DNA from: an uncultured bacterium
GTDB taxonomy: Bacteria; Bdellovibrionota_C; UBA2361; JANWWW01
NCBI GenBank assembly: GCA_938038205.1
Contig: CALHSA010000003.1
Coordinates: forward strand, 3,760-67,759
Direction: 5' to 3'
Length of the DNA: 64,000 nucleotides
Each line of letters begins with the position of its first letter. The first letter of the stretch is position 1. This document shows, one piece after another, positions 18,418-28,026 of this stretch. The notes under the pieces are model-generated. The model saw nothing but the letters and a program-made list of their open reading frames with translations. It searched no databases and was not told where the DNA came from. Position numbers and translations under genes: made by a program.

Positions 18418-19465
18418 ACTTACTTCGTATAATATTAATTAAATCCGTATACCCTTCTTGGAATAGTTTAATACCTTCCTCGAGTAAATCATACATTAAT
18501 GCCTCAAATGGATACCCGCATGAATTGAAATCTTGGAACATACTATAAATCTCATTAATATCCGGAGGAGATCTAAATGTTGGATTTGAAAACCAGCCTA
18601 AATCTAAACCTGCTTGAATTACAGGATCCGGCAGCGTAAGGACTGTATTTTCAAGAGTCAAATTTTTTAGATAATAATCTTGACTAAGCCTTGAATCCTT
18701 CACCCCAGTAGATGCCCATAATAACATTTGAGGTTTACCTCCAAGAATCTGCAATTTTTTAAACCTTTCTGATGAAAATATTCTCTGAAAATCATAGTAA
18801 ACTAAAAAAGAGTTATAGATGCCCAGTAAATTCACAAACTTTTCAGGTACTAGATTTTGGCTTATGTATTTTGAAACTATACTATCTACTCTAGAGACAA
18901 AAAAACTTGCCACACTTGCTATCTGTGAAATATCCCTTCCCTCACTTACCCTTCGCTCAAGCCCCTTGATATAAGAATTAACAACCCTCAAATACTGTTC
19001 TCGAGAAAATATCAGCGTTACATTAACATTTACACCCTGATAAATTAAACTTTCTATCACCTCCAAGCCTGCCTCCGTTGCTGGAACTTTTATCATTACA
19101 TTTCTAGCCTGTAGTTTTGATGTAATGTTTAAAGCCTGCTCAATACTCAGTTTTGTATCCTTCGCTAAAAAGGGGTCCAACTCGATAGATACATAACCCG
19201 TTAAACCGTTTGAATTGATAAATAAAGGCTCAAAAAGTTTAGAAGCTAAACGAACATCCTCAAGCATTAAATTCCAACATATTGCCTCTGCCGATGTCTC
19301 ACTTCCTAAGCCCGTTAAGGAGTAACTTGAGCCTGTGCTTAAAGCATTCTTAAAAATATTTGGATTCGTAGTAACACCAGAAATCCCTGACTTAATAAGT
19401 TGTTCTAGTTTACCTGACAGAATTAAATCCCTTGATAAATTGTCATACCAAAAATAAGCACCCAT
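18410..19465 (-). CDS. tal: Transaldolase (long, actinobacterial/cyanobacterial type)
   Basis: 'FWYDNLSRDLILSG...GVTTNPNIF' matches the transaldolase N-terminal signature. 351 aa. Overlaps the zwf start. Confidence 0.8.
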   Translation of the reverse strand: MGAYFWYDNLSRDLILSGKLEQLIKSGISGVTTNPNIFKNALSTGSSYSLTGLGSETSAEAICWNLMLEDVRLASKLFEPLFINSNGLTGYVSIELDPFLAKDTKLSIEQALNITSKLQARNVMIKVPATEAGLEVIESLIYQGVNVNVTLIFSREQYLRVVNSYIKGLERRVSEGRDISQIASVASFFVSRVDSIVSKYISQNLVPEKFVNLLGIYNSFLVYYDFQRIFSSERFKKLQILGGKPQMLLWASTGVKDSRLSQDYYLKNLTLENTVLTLPDPVIQAGLDLGWFSNPTFRSPPDINEIYSMFQDFNSCGYPFEALMYDLLEEGIKLFQEGYTDLINIIRSKFV

Positions 19466-19548
19466 TTGTTTCAGTATATTCTAGATCAAAAAAATTTAAC
19501 ATTTAAAAAAAATCTCTCGCATAAAGGATTCTGACGTATAATAAAAAA

Positions 19549-19863
19549 GTGCAATTATTTTTGCTGCTAACGTTGATTGAAGCAATATGTCAATCTGTGA
19601 CCTACGTTGATGAATCAGGAAATGTAATAACCGTTGATTCAATTAAAAATGTTCCCCCCAAGTATCGTTATCAAGTAGTAACCCCAACCCCTATTCCAAG
19701 TCTCTCAAAGAAAGATTTAGCACGATTAAAAAGACAAATATTAAAAGAAGCAAAAAGTAAAAAGCTTAAAGAAAAGACTTATTCTCGTAAACTCGCTAAG
19801 GAAAAAAATAAGACTAAAAGGGGAAAAAACAGTCAAGTAACCCCTACCAATACAACCAAATAA
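19549..19863 (+). CDS. Small secreted lysine-rich protein (DUF4124-like N-terminal motif)
   Basis: Signal peptide, then 'YVDESGNVITVDSIKNVPPKY' resembling the DUF4124 'YKWVDENGVVHYSD.PP' motif, followed by a K/E-rich tail. Confidence 0.4.
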   Translation: MQLFLLLTLIEAICQSVTYVDESGNVITVDSIKNVPPKYRYQVVTPTPIPSLSKKDLARLKRQILKEAKSKKLKEKTYSRKLAKEKNKTKRGKNSQVTPTNTTK

Positions 19864-19900
19864 TAAAAACTTTGCCTATAAAAAAAAATCTTAAGTATTA

Positions 19901-21268
19901 GTGAACCATCAATGTCCAAAACAATCTGCCTCAGAGTGGATCAATTCAGTTTCAAAATCTGATAGTAGCCTAATATTAGTAGAGTCTGATGAAGAACTTG
20001 CCAGTTTTTTTAACAACAAAATAATTTATGAATTAGCAAAGAGTAATAACAATTGGAGATTTTCTCTCAAGGGGAAAGTCTTAACACTTGATGAAGTAAT
20101 CACACTGTCAAACGCACTTCAGCCTTTCAAAGAAACTTTACATTGGACCAAAGCAGTAAATCCTAACCCTTTAATTTTTTCAAGCTTATTGGAAAAAATA
20201 TTTAACTCTAAGTGGTATTCGAATTTTGGTAGTCTACACCAAGAATTAGAAGAAAAACTTAGGATCAATTGCAATGGAGCTGATGTTCTATTGGTAAATA
20301 ATGCAACAATTGGATTGATGCTCTGCTTGAAATACGCACAACTAAACTACAAAGGTGAAAATTATGTTATAACATCGCCGTTTACTTTTCCAGCAACAGC
20401 CCATGCAGCAAAATTTATAGGTTTAAGAGTAGCTTTCTCAGATATCGATCCTGAAACCTTATGTTTATGTCCAAAAGCCACTGAAGCTATAATTAAAAAG
20501 TTTGGAGTACCTAAAGCAGTAATTCCCGTTCATGTTTTTGGTAACGTGGCAGATCTTGAAGCGTTCGAGGAATTACGGAGGATATATAATTTTTGTTTAA
20601 TATACGATGCAGCTCACGTGTTTGGCACCTTGTACAACAACAAAAATATTGGTTGTTATGGGGACTTCTCAGTATTTAGCCTACACGCTACAAAAGGTTT
20701 TCACACTGGTGAGGGCGGATTTATCGTTTGTAACCAAGAGAGAACCAAAAATAAACTTGAGTATCTACGCTCTTTTGGTATCAAAGGTTATGATACTTGT
20801 TTTGACCTTGGTATTAACGCAAAACTAAGTGAGATAAACTGTGCAATCGGATTAGCTCTCTGGGACGAGATTAAGAACATCCAAGAGAAAAGAAAGAAAC
20901 TTTATCAAAAATACCTTAGGGAAATTTCAGTTTTAGATGGATTTAGTGCAGTTCTTAAAGAATCTAATAACATAATATCAAATTACCTATATGCAACTTT
21001 TAGAGTAACAGAGCAGTCCCCTATAACTAGAGACGAACTAGTTAAGGAATTATCAAACTTTAATATTGTTGCGAGAAAATACTTTAATCCACTTCTAAAT
21101 CAGGTAGACTGCTATGCAGAAGACAGTAGTTACTTTAATACGACCTGCAAAAATGCTGAGTTAGCCGCAAATCAAACCATAACTTTACCTTTATACCCTG
21201 ATCTCAGTGAGGATGACATAAAAAAGATAGTGTCCATAATAAGATTTTTACAATTTAAATATCTTTAA
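19901..21268 (+). CDS. DegT/DnrJ/EryC1/StrS family PLP-dependent sugar aminotransferase with ~90-aa N-terminal extension
   Basis: 'DAAHVFG', 'SLHATKGFHTGEGG' (PLP lysine), and family-typical ends. 455 aa versus ~370 aa typical. Confidence 0.75.
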   Translation: MNHQCPKQSASEWINSVSKSDSSLILVESDEELASFFNNKIIYELAKSNNNWRFSLKGKVLTLDEVITLSNALQPFKETLHWTKAVNPNPLIFSSLLEKIFNSKWYSNFGSLHQELEEKLRINCNGADVLLVNNATIGLMLCLKYAQLNYKGENYVITSPFTFPATAHAAKFIGLRVAFSDIDPETLCLCPKATEAIIKKFGVPKAVIPVHVFGNVADLEAFEELRRIYNFCLIYDAAHVFGTLYNNKNIGCYGDFSVFSLHATKGFHTGEGGFIVCNQERTKNKLEYLRSFGIKGYDTCFDLGINAKLSEINCAIGLALWDEIKNIQEKRKKLYQKYLREISVLDGFSAVLKESNNIISNYLYATFRVTEQSPITRDELVKELSNFNIVARKYFNPLLNQVDCYAEDSSYFNTTCKNAELAANQTITLPLYPDLSEDDIKKIVSIIRFLQFKYL

Positions 21269-21276
21269 TTCTCAGA

Positions 21277-22185
21277 TTATTTTAACAAAGCTATAATCTT
21301 TGGAACTGCCTCAAATAAATCAGCCTCTAAAAAAAGATCAGAGTGCTCAAATATTAGAGCATTTCTATCCTTGTTGATACACGCAACAAACTTAGAATCT
21401 TTCATCCCCGCTATATGCTGAATAGCTCCCGACACCCCAACAGCCAAGTATAAATCTGGGGCTACTACCTTGCCAGTTTGACCCACTTGCCAATCATTCG
21501 GAGCATAGCCATTATCAACTGCTGCTCTAGTAGCACCAACTGCAGCCCCAAGAGCATCAGCTAATGGTAAAATCAATGCATCAAAACTCTCCTTGGATCC
21601 CAAAGCTCTACCGCCAGTTACTACCACTCTCGCTGATGATAAATCAGGCCTAGCACTTACAGTTTTTCTTCTCTCAATTATCCTTCCGTAATCTGAGTGT
21701 GCTTCAAAAGTTACAGTCTTGGTTTCTTTTTCAACCATATTTAAACTCTGGGCTTTAAAAGCGTTAGAGCGAAGTGTTATTAAGTAGCTCTCTGAATTTA
21801 TTCTATAAGTTGCGAGTATACTTCCGGAGTATATATACTTTTTTACAACCCTATTCTCAAAAAACACTGCATCTGTAATGAAAGGTAATTTTAAGTGCCC
21901 TGCAACTAAACCCAAAACTTCTTTCGTGAAAGTATTGTGAGGAGCTAATACCACTTTTAATTTATGGGTTTCGTAAATATGTAGTATTGATTTTGTCATC
22001 ACTGAATAGCTGTCAGATGGGCATATGTAAACCTCTGATGAACACTCCGGTACCATCACCTTAGAAACATTTGAAAAACTGATCACTATCAATTCCGACC
22101 CTATAGAGCTAGCTACACCAAAAATTGGTAGTGAGGGTAAAGTTAACTCTCCTGATTCTTTAAAATCTACTAATACACCAATCAT
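21277..22185 (-). CDS. etfA: Electron transfer flavoprotein alpha subunit
   Basis: C-terminal FAD-binding region 'PDLYLAVGVSGAIQHIAGMKDSKFVACINKDRNALIF' is the EtfA signature. Confidence 0.85.
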   Translation of the reverse strand: MIGVLVDFKESGELTLPSLPIFGVASSIGSELIVISFSNVSKVMVPECSSEVYICPSDSYSVMTKSILHIYETHKLKVVLAPHNTFTKEVLGLVAGHLKLPFITDAVFFENRVVKKYIYSGSILATYRINSESYLITLRSNAFKAQSLNMVEKETKTVTFEAHSDYGRIIERRKTVSARPDLSSARVVVTGGRALGSKESFDALILPLADALGAAVGATRAAVDNGYAPNDWQVGQTGKVVAPDLYLAVGVSGAIQHIAGMKDSKFVACINKDRNALIFEHSDLFLEADLFEAVPKIIALLK

Positions 22186-22209
22186 AAAACACCTCTAATA
22201 AAACTCTTC

Positions 22210-22929
22210 TCATAAAATTCTTTTTAATTCATTTACAAATTCCTCAACAGATTGAGTAAGTTTGCGTTGTCTTTGCTTTGCGGGTATTTCCAAATTAACT
22301 AACTCAATTGAATCATCAATGATCGGGGTTATCTCAATAACCTCTAAGGGCTTCTGTTTTGCCTTTAGAACAGCAGGCAATGGCGGAAATCTAGGTGTGT
22401 TTAAACGTAAATCGACTGTTATAACACAAGGTTTACGCAAAGATACAACCTCAATACCATCATCAACTTCTTTTTCAACTACTATTTCATCCCCATTAAA
22501 ATCAATCTTAGATGCATACGCTGCGAAGCTACAACCTAAACCAGCAGCAACTCTTGCGGCAACTTGAGAGGAATCAGTATCGATGGCTTGCTTACCCGCA
22601 AAAATTACTGAAAAATCCACTCCTTTGAAATAATTAACTAATACCTGGGAAGTTTGAATCGATGTTAACTCCTCCGAGCATTTTAATAAAACACCATCAT
22701 CTGCCCCCATACTCATTGCATACCGGATTGCTTGTTCATCCGAACCTACACTAACTACAGTAACTCTTGAGCAAATACCTTGTTCTTTTTTGCGAATAGC
22801 TTCCTCAACAGCTATTTCATCAAATGGGTTTATTATAAACTTTCCGGACTCGGAATAGACTTTTTTCCCATCTGTAACGAATTTAGACTGGTAATCTAGA
22901 ACTCTCTTTACAAGGCAGTAAATTTGCAT
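22210..22929 (-). CDS. etfB: Electron transfer flavoprotein beta subunit
   Basis: 'MQIYCLVKRVLD...' EtfB N-terminus, 239 aa, immediately upstream of etfA. Confidence 0.85.
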   Translation of the reverse strand: MQIYCLVKRVLDYQSKFVTDGKKVYSESGKFIINPFDEIAVEEAIRKKEQGICSRVTVVSVGSDEQAIRYAMSMGADDGVLLKCSEELTSIQTSQVLVNYFKGVDFSVIFAGKQAIDTDSSQVAARVAAGLGCSFAAYASKIDFNGDEIVVEKEVDDGIEVVSLRKPCVITVDLRLNTPRFPPLPAVLKAKQKPLEVIEITPIIDDSIELVNLEIPAKQRQRKLTQSVEEFVNELKRIL

Positions 22930-22982
22930 CCTAGCTCTTCAATATTTCGATGTGATAAAATACAAATAGTATCAATGTAAAT

Positions 22983-23633
22983 ATGTTTTTTTTATTCTCT
23001 GCTATTTCAATTCAAATTGTAGAGTTAGCAACGTTACTTCTGATAGCTTTTACTGTCTCACATGGATATCAGATGAAAATTAACCCTTTGGCTTTTGCAT
23101 TTGCCGCTCTTGGTTATTTAGGAGGAGCTTCGCTTTTTGGTAAATTTAGAGTCTTTTACCACGAATTCAAACATAAATTAGTTTCTAGTTTAGTTGGGAA
23201 TAAAACCAAAAAACTTGAGGTTAAAAGTGAATCGGAAGGGTATTTTGAGTATGAGTACTCGAAAGAAACTGCAAAATATAACCCCTTAATCAGCCTTTCC
23301 CCTTATTTCTTTCCTTTCGTAACTTTAGCTTTAATACCTTTCTGGTCATTTAACAACTGGATAGATGTTGAATTAAAAGAAGCTATCCTAGTCTTCGCAC
23401 TTTCTTTTGATGTAGCGTCAAACATTAAAGAATTTCAAAGTCACCAATCTGATTTACAGAAAGTACCGGGAGGAAAAAAAATGGCAGGGCTATTTTTGTT
23501 AAGTTTCAACTCTTTTTTGATGATTATAGCATTGGTAGTTTCTCTTTTTGGGTATGATTGGTTTAACTATGTTTGGGTTTCTGCAATAAATTTAATTCAA
23601 TCCTATTGGGAAATTTACATCAAGAACTTTTAA
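22983..23633 (+). CDS. Hypothetical polytopic membrane protein with HExxH motif (YHEFKH) after TM1
   Basis: Several predicted TM helices; no family assignment. The HExxH is suggestive but unproven as a metalloprotease site. Confidence 0.35.
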   Translation: MFFLFSAISIQIVELATLLLIAFTVSHGYQMKINPLAFAFAALGYLGGASLFGKFRVFYHEFKHKLVSSLVGNKTKKLEVKSESEGYFEYEYSKETAKYNPLISLSPYFFPFVTLALIPFWSFNNWIDVELKEAILVFALSFDVASNIKEFQSHQSDLQKVPGGKKMAGLFLLSFNSFLMIIALVVSLFGYDWFNYVWVSAINLIQSYWEIYIKNF

Positions 23634-24692
23634 TACTGCCTCATATAGCATCTTAAAATCCTCGAAGGTATACGCGGGAAAGTTTGCGATTCGAATAACT
23701 GAGTCTGAAAGATCTCCAAACCCCAAGCTAACCTCAAAACCAAGCTCTTTTAGCTTATCTCTTAACTCGACTGCTTTATGAAATCTAAAAGTTAAAACCG
23801 TATTACTTTGCCAATCTGGACTTGATATTAGCGGTAATAAGCCAATAGCTTTGAACTTATTTCTCAGAAAAATTGCTCTTTTCTCTGTCTCATCTCTTAT
23901 CTTATTCAAACCTTTTGTCAAATACTTATCCAAGACTTTCTCAAGTAACCATAATCCAGTAACGTTTGGGGTAGCGGGAGTCATAAATTGTGTTGAAAAC
24001 ATATACTGGTATTTAAATGATTCAAAACCGCTCATAGCCCGCTTTCTCGATTTAAAGACTTCCAACGCCCGTTCAATTGATCTGGAACTAACTAAAGCTA
24101 CACCTAATCCTGATGGTAAAGCAAAACATTTTTGAATAGAGAAAATGATGACGTCTGCTTTATTGTAATCAAAATTTTTTACGGGGAAGGTTGATACTGC
24201 GTCTAAGATTAAAATAGCATTACCACTTAAACTTAGTATCATCTCAATTTCATTACTTGGTATGTCTTGTCCAAGCGATGTTTCTCCATGTACTAAACAA
24301 ATCGTATCTACCCCTTTCTTTTTCTTTAAAAAAGAAGCTATTGATCCTGAGAAACTATGATCTGAAATAACGTAAGTAACGGGAATTTTTAATGACTTTG
24401 CACAGTGTAACCACCTCTTACCAAATTCTCCAGTAACAAAAAAAAAAGATTTTTTATAAGCCAAGCTCTCTAGTGACTTCTCCCAAATTGTGCTAGCACA
24501 TCCATAAAGAAATAACTTGAAGGAATTATCTAGCTGAGCTAGTTTTTTTAATTTTTGTTCAACCCTTTCAAATAAATCTTGGAACCATTGAGATCTATGA
24601 TGTTTTGAGTAAACTCCCTCTTCAAAACCTTCCTTTAACCAAGTACTTAATTCGGGATGAACCTTTGTGGGGCCAGGATTAAAAACAAGCAT
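23592..24692 (-). CDS. Class V PLP-dependent aminotransferase (serine-pyruvate/phosphoserine aminotransferase-like)
   Basis: 'LVFNPGPTKV' N-terminus, 'SIQKCFALPSG' (PLP-lysine box SxQKxLxxPPG), 366 aa. Confidence 0.75.
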   Translation of the reverse strand: MLVFNPGPTKVHPELSTWLKEGFEEGVYSKHHRSQWFQDLFERVEQKLKKLAQLDNSFKLFLYGCASTIWEKSLESLAYKKSFFFVTGEFGKRWLHCAKSLKIPVTYVISDHSFSGSIASFLKKKKGVDTICLVHGETSLGQDIPSNEIEMILSLSGNAILILDAVSTFPVKNFDYNKADVIIFSIQKCFALPSGLGVALVSSRSIERALEVFKSRKRAMSGFESFKYQYMFSTQFMTPATPNVTGLWLLEKVLDKYLTKGLNKIRDETEKRAIFLRNKFKAIGLLPLISSPDWQSNTVLTFRFHKAVELRDKLKELGFEVSLGFGDLSDSVIRIANFPAYTFEDFKMLYEAVLKVLDVNFPIGLN

Positions 24693-24712
24693 TGATCTAT
24701 TATTATGATTCT

Positions 24713-25378
24713 TTATCTTTCTCTTTTTATTAAAAATTGTTGATTTTGCTTTGATTCATTAGTTTTTCGAGTATTAATAACTTTACTCATTAATCCAGAC
24801 TTTAAGTTATCAAGGTAAACCAATTTCACCTCTGGAGAGCTGTTGATAATCTGTATTTTTAAGCTCTCCAAAAATCGCCAATTGTATGTAGATGTAAAAT
24901 TACTACCCTCAGAAGCTAATACTGCCAAACTATCCACAATCTCTATTATCCGACTAGTTTGAGATGTAAGCCAATCTGATATTCTCTTATCTTTTCTCTC
25001 TTTCACCAGCTTATCTAATGAGGGTTTATAAGCTTTAAAAGACTCCTCACTTAATGATTCAAAAAAATCAATATCAAAATGAGAATTCACAAAAGTTGAA
25101 TACCACGAACTCACCCTGTCTTCTTTGGAAACTAGTGCTCCATAAACACTATAACGACCATTCCTAGTAGCTTTACTAACTTTTAGCCAATTACTAATCA
25201 ATGCCCTGTCGTAGCGAAGTGAGACCATGATAAGATCAAGTTCGTTCAAACTTCGCACCCTTTCCATGCCACCAGTTAAACTTGCTTCTAATACCGCCTT
25301 TATGTCAAACGGCTCAAGGGCCGATTTAATTAGATTTCTAATCTCATAACTAGGGTGCAAAACCAGAGATGTAAGCAC
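24713..25378 (-). CDS. Hypothetical protein with possible degenerate receiver-like N-terminal segment
   Basis: 221-aa ORF 20 nt upstream of the class V aminotransferase. 'ELDLIMVSLRYD' weakly resembles the REC phospho-acceptor region with Asp replaced. Weak. Confidence 0.3.
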   Translation of the reverse strand: MLTSLVLHPSYEIRNLIKSALEPFDIKAVLEASLTGGMERVRSLNELDLIMVSLRYDRALISNWLKVSKATRNGRYSVYGALVSKEDRVSSWYSTFVNSHFDIDFFESLSEESFKAYKPSLDKLVKERKDKRISDWLTSQTSRIIEIVDSLAVLASEGSNFTSTYNWRFLESLKIQIINSSPEVKLVYLDNLKSGLMSKVINTRKTNESKQNQQFLIKRER

Positions 25379-25443
25379 AAATTTTAAATCGGAAAAAAAA
25401 TGAATAGCTTAATATTTTTTTTTAATTATTTCCCTATTTTTAC

Positions 25444-26115
25444 CTAACTAGTCTTGACAATCTTAACATTAGATTTAACCTCCTTTACCCCTTCTACCAT
25501 CAGTGTTGTCGCCAGTATAGCATCAATTATTCTGTGGTTATCTGTACTCCCAGTAAAATAAACAACCCGACCTCTTACCTCAAACGTTATGTTATCCAAA
25601 GGGTGTCCATTCTCTTTAAGGGCTTTTTTAACTTCCTCATATATAGTTTGATCATCTAATCTTTTTAGCACCTCAAGCCTCGATACAACTTTTTTACCAG
25701 GGTTGGAATTCTGGACTAGCTCAAAAATTGTTGCCTCATCCCAGGGGTACTCGATACTACCATTAATCTCGACCGTGTCAGCAGTACAAATTAGATTCAG
25801 GGTAGCTTTTCCACTAAGCTTACCAATAAGGTTCGGAGATGAACACTCAGTGATACTTGCCCTAGTTACCGGATTCACTTGTATTCGGGACTTAACCTTT
25901 TTTACACCCTCAATACTAAGAGCAAGACGCTCAACAGCTAGTTTATCCTCCTCTGAACTAACAGATCCTTCTAGAGTAACCTCGCCCATATAGCTAGATA
26001 TTTTTACCGAGCCCAGTCCTCGTTCCTGAATTGCGTTAGCTACCCTTTCGGCAATAACGCGGTCCGGATGTTGAGCAAAGGTGAAAAAAAACATGAATAA
26101 CAAGGCTCGGATCAT
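25444..26115 (-). CDS. Periplasmic BON-domain protein (OsmY-like)
   Basis: Signal peptide and two BON-like repeats (…GVKKVKSRIQV…, …GVKEVKSNVKIV…). Confidence 0.65.
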   Translation of the reverse strand: MIRALLFMFFFTFAQHPDRVIAERVANAIQERGLGSVKISSYMGEVTLEGSVSSEEDKLAVERLALSIEGVKKVKSRIQVNPVTRASITECSSPNLIGKLSGKATLNLICTADTVEINGSIEYPWDEATIFELVQNSNPGKKVVSRLEVLKRLDDQTIYEEVKKALKENGHPLDNITFEVRGRVVYFTGSTDNHRIIDAILATTLMVEGVKEVKSNVKIVKTS

Positions 26116-26205
26116 ACAATTTTATTTTAATACTTAAAGTCCTCAAAATCCATAAAACTAAGCCAAAGAATTGAAGAAGTTGTATCAAAAGTATAGCATA
26201 TCTTA

Positions 26206-26763
26206 ATGCAAAAAATTCTACTTGCGTTTATTACACTAGTCTTAATAAGTTGTAAAACCAATCAAATGGAAACTGAGCCTCGTATTGCACTAGTAAGTTT
26301 AGGAACAATTCAGCAAAAATCTAAATTAGGCCAAGATCTTCAGTTAAAAACTTCCCAAGTTAATCAAGAATTTGAGAAAGCGCGAAACTCAATAAATGAA
26401 AGAATCCAGAGAGAAGCTAATCAGATTGAAAAAATTCTACCTGCACTCTCTAATGAAGCTAAAAGGGAGAAAATAAAAGAGTTTGAAAGCAAAAAATTAG
26501 AGGCTGAAAAAGAGCTTTCTGTTATAAGGGACCAGCTTGAAAGGTTTATCCAAAGTGAGAGAAATGCATTCATCAGATCAGCAAAAGAGGCAGTTGCTGA
26601 GATAGCAAAAAGAGAAAAATTAAATCTGGTCATTGACTCGGATTCAGTTGTTTATAGTGAGGGAATAAAAGATATCTCTGAAATGGTAGCTGAAAAGTTA
26701 AATCAAGCAAAAAATAACCAAGCTGAGATATCGAACGAAGCTAGAAATAACAATGAAAACTAA
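26206..26763 (+). CDS. skp: Periplasmic chaperone Skp (OmpH family)
   Basis: Signal peptide/lipobox-like start (LISCK), long coiled-coil; located immediately upstream of fabZ-lpxA as in the canonical skp-lpxD-fabZ-lpxA region. Confidence 0.65.
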   Translation: MQKILLAFITLVLISCKTNQMETEPRIALVSLGTIQQKSKLGQDLQLKTSQVNQEFEKARNSINERIQREANQIEKILPALSNEAKREKIKEFESKKLEAEKELSVIRDQLERFIQSERNAFIRSAKEAVAEIAKREKLNLVIDSDSVVYSEGIKDISEMVAEKLNQAKNNQAEISNEARNNNEN

Positions 26764-27199
26764 ATATTCATTAGAGGAGATTAAAGAGGTAATTCCTCAT
26801 AGGGAGCCTTTTATTTTCATTGATGAAATACTCAATTTTAAGGATAACGAGGGAGTAGTAGCTCTTAAAAGAGTTCAGCCAGATGATTGGTATTTTGCGG
26901 GACACTTCCCTCAGAAACCCGTAATGCCAGGAGTTCTAATATTAGAAGCTTTGGCCCAAGCTGGCTGTTTTTTTTGTTTAAACTCATCTTTAGGAGCAGA
27001 AAAAGGTTCAATTCTATATTTAACAAAATGCGAAGAAGTGAAGTGGATCAGTCAGGTCACTCCTCCTACAGATCTTATCCTTGAGGTTAAATTTGTTGAT
27101 AAGAAAATGAATTTCTGGTTTATGGATGCTATGGCTACCGTAAACAACAAAAAAGTGTGTACAGCTAAGATCACAGCATACTCAGAGAAGCCAAATTAA
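26753..27199 (+). CDS. fabZ: 3-hydroxyacyl-ACP dehydratase FabZ
   Basis: 'IPHREPFIFIDEI', 'GHFPQKPVMPGVLILEALAQ' active-site His region. Confidence 0.9.
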   Translation: MKTKYSLEEIKEVIPHREPFIFIDEILNFKDNEGVVALKRVQPDDWYFAGHFPQKPVMPGVLILEALAQAGCFFCLNSSLGAEKGSILYLTKCEEVKWISQVTPPTDLILEVKFVDKKMNFWFMDAMATVNNKKVCTAKITAYSEKPN

Positions 27200-27210
27200 G
27201 AAGTAAATTT

Positions 27211-28026
27211 ATGGGTACAATCATTCATCCGACAGCCATTATTGAATCTGGAGTAGAGCTCGATGACGATGTCAAAATTGGACCATATTGTTATTTATTC
27301 GGTAAAGTTAAAATCCTCAAGGGTTCAGAACTGGTGAGTCATGTAGTTGTGGGTGGTAACACGAACATTGGCGCCAATAATAAAATTTACCCTTTTGCAT
27401 CTATCGGTCTAAACCCTCAGGATTTGAAGTACAAAGGGGAGCCAAGCATTTTAGAGATTGGAAATCACAACATAATAAGAGAGTATGTAACAATGCAGCC
27501 CGGCACTGAGGGTGGAGGTATGGTAACGAAAATAGGAGATAAAAATCTATTTATGGCCTACAGCCATGTTGCTCACGATTGCAAAGTGGGTAATTGCAAC
27601 ATTTTTTCAAACAGTGTTAATCTTGCGGGTCATGTTGAGGTTGGCAACTATACTGTGTTAGGTGGGCTATCTGGTATTCATCAGTTCGTTCGTCTTGGAG
27701 ACTACTGCTTTGTAGCTGGGGGCTCTATGGTAAGACAGGATATCCCTCCATTCATCTCGGTTCAAGGAGACTCAGCTCGCGCTTATGGCATCAACAGGGT
27801 AGGACTTGAGAGAAATGGTTTTGACGAAGAGGACATAAAAATTATAAAAGACATATTTAAAATATTTTTCTTGGGAAATTTTTTGAGAGGGGAGAAAATC
27901 CAGCAATTGGAAAATATGCGTGATCATCTCAAAAACTTAAACCTAAAGCGAGCTGAGCTAGTTGAAAAGTTTCTAACATTCGTAAACGCCTCTACTAGAG
28001 GAATAGTATCGCATGGTTCAGGATGA
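27211..28026 (+). CDS. lpxA: UDP-N-acetylglucosamine O-acyltransferase LpxA
   Basis: 'IHPTAIIESGVELDDDVKIGPYCYL', hexapeptide repeats, C-terminal helical domain; 271 aa. Confidence 0.9.
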   Translation: MGTIIHPTAIIESGVELDDDVKIGPYCYLFGKVKILKGSELVSHVVVGGNTNIGANNKIYPFASIGLNPQDLKYKGEPSILEIGNHNIIREYVTMQPGTEGGGMVTKIGDKNLFMAYSHVAHDCKVGNCNIFSNSVNLAGHVEVGNYTVLGGLSGIHQFVRLGDYCFVAGGSMVRQDIPPFISVQGDSARAYGINRVGLERNGFDEEDIKIIKDIFKIFFLGNFLRGEKIQQLENMRDHLKNLNLKRAELVEKFLTFVNASTRGIVSHGSG

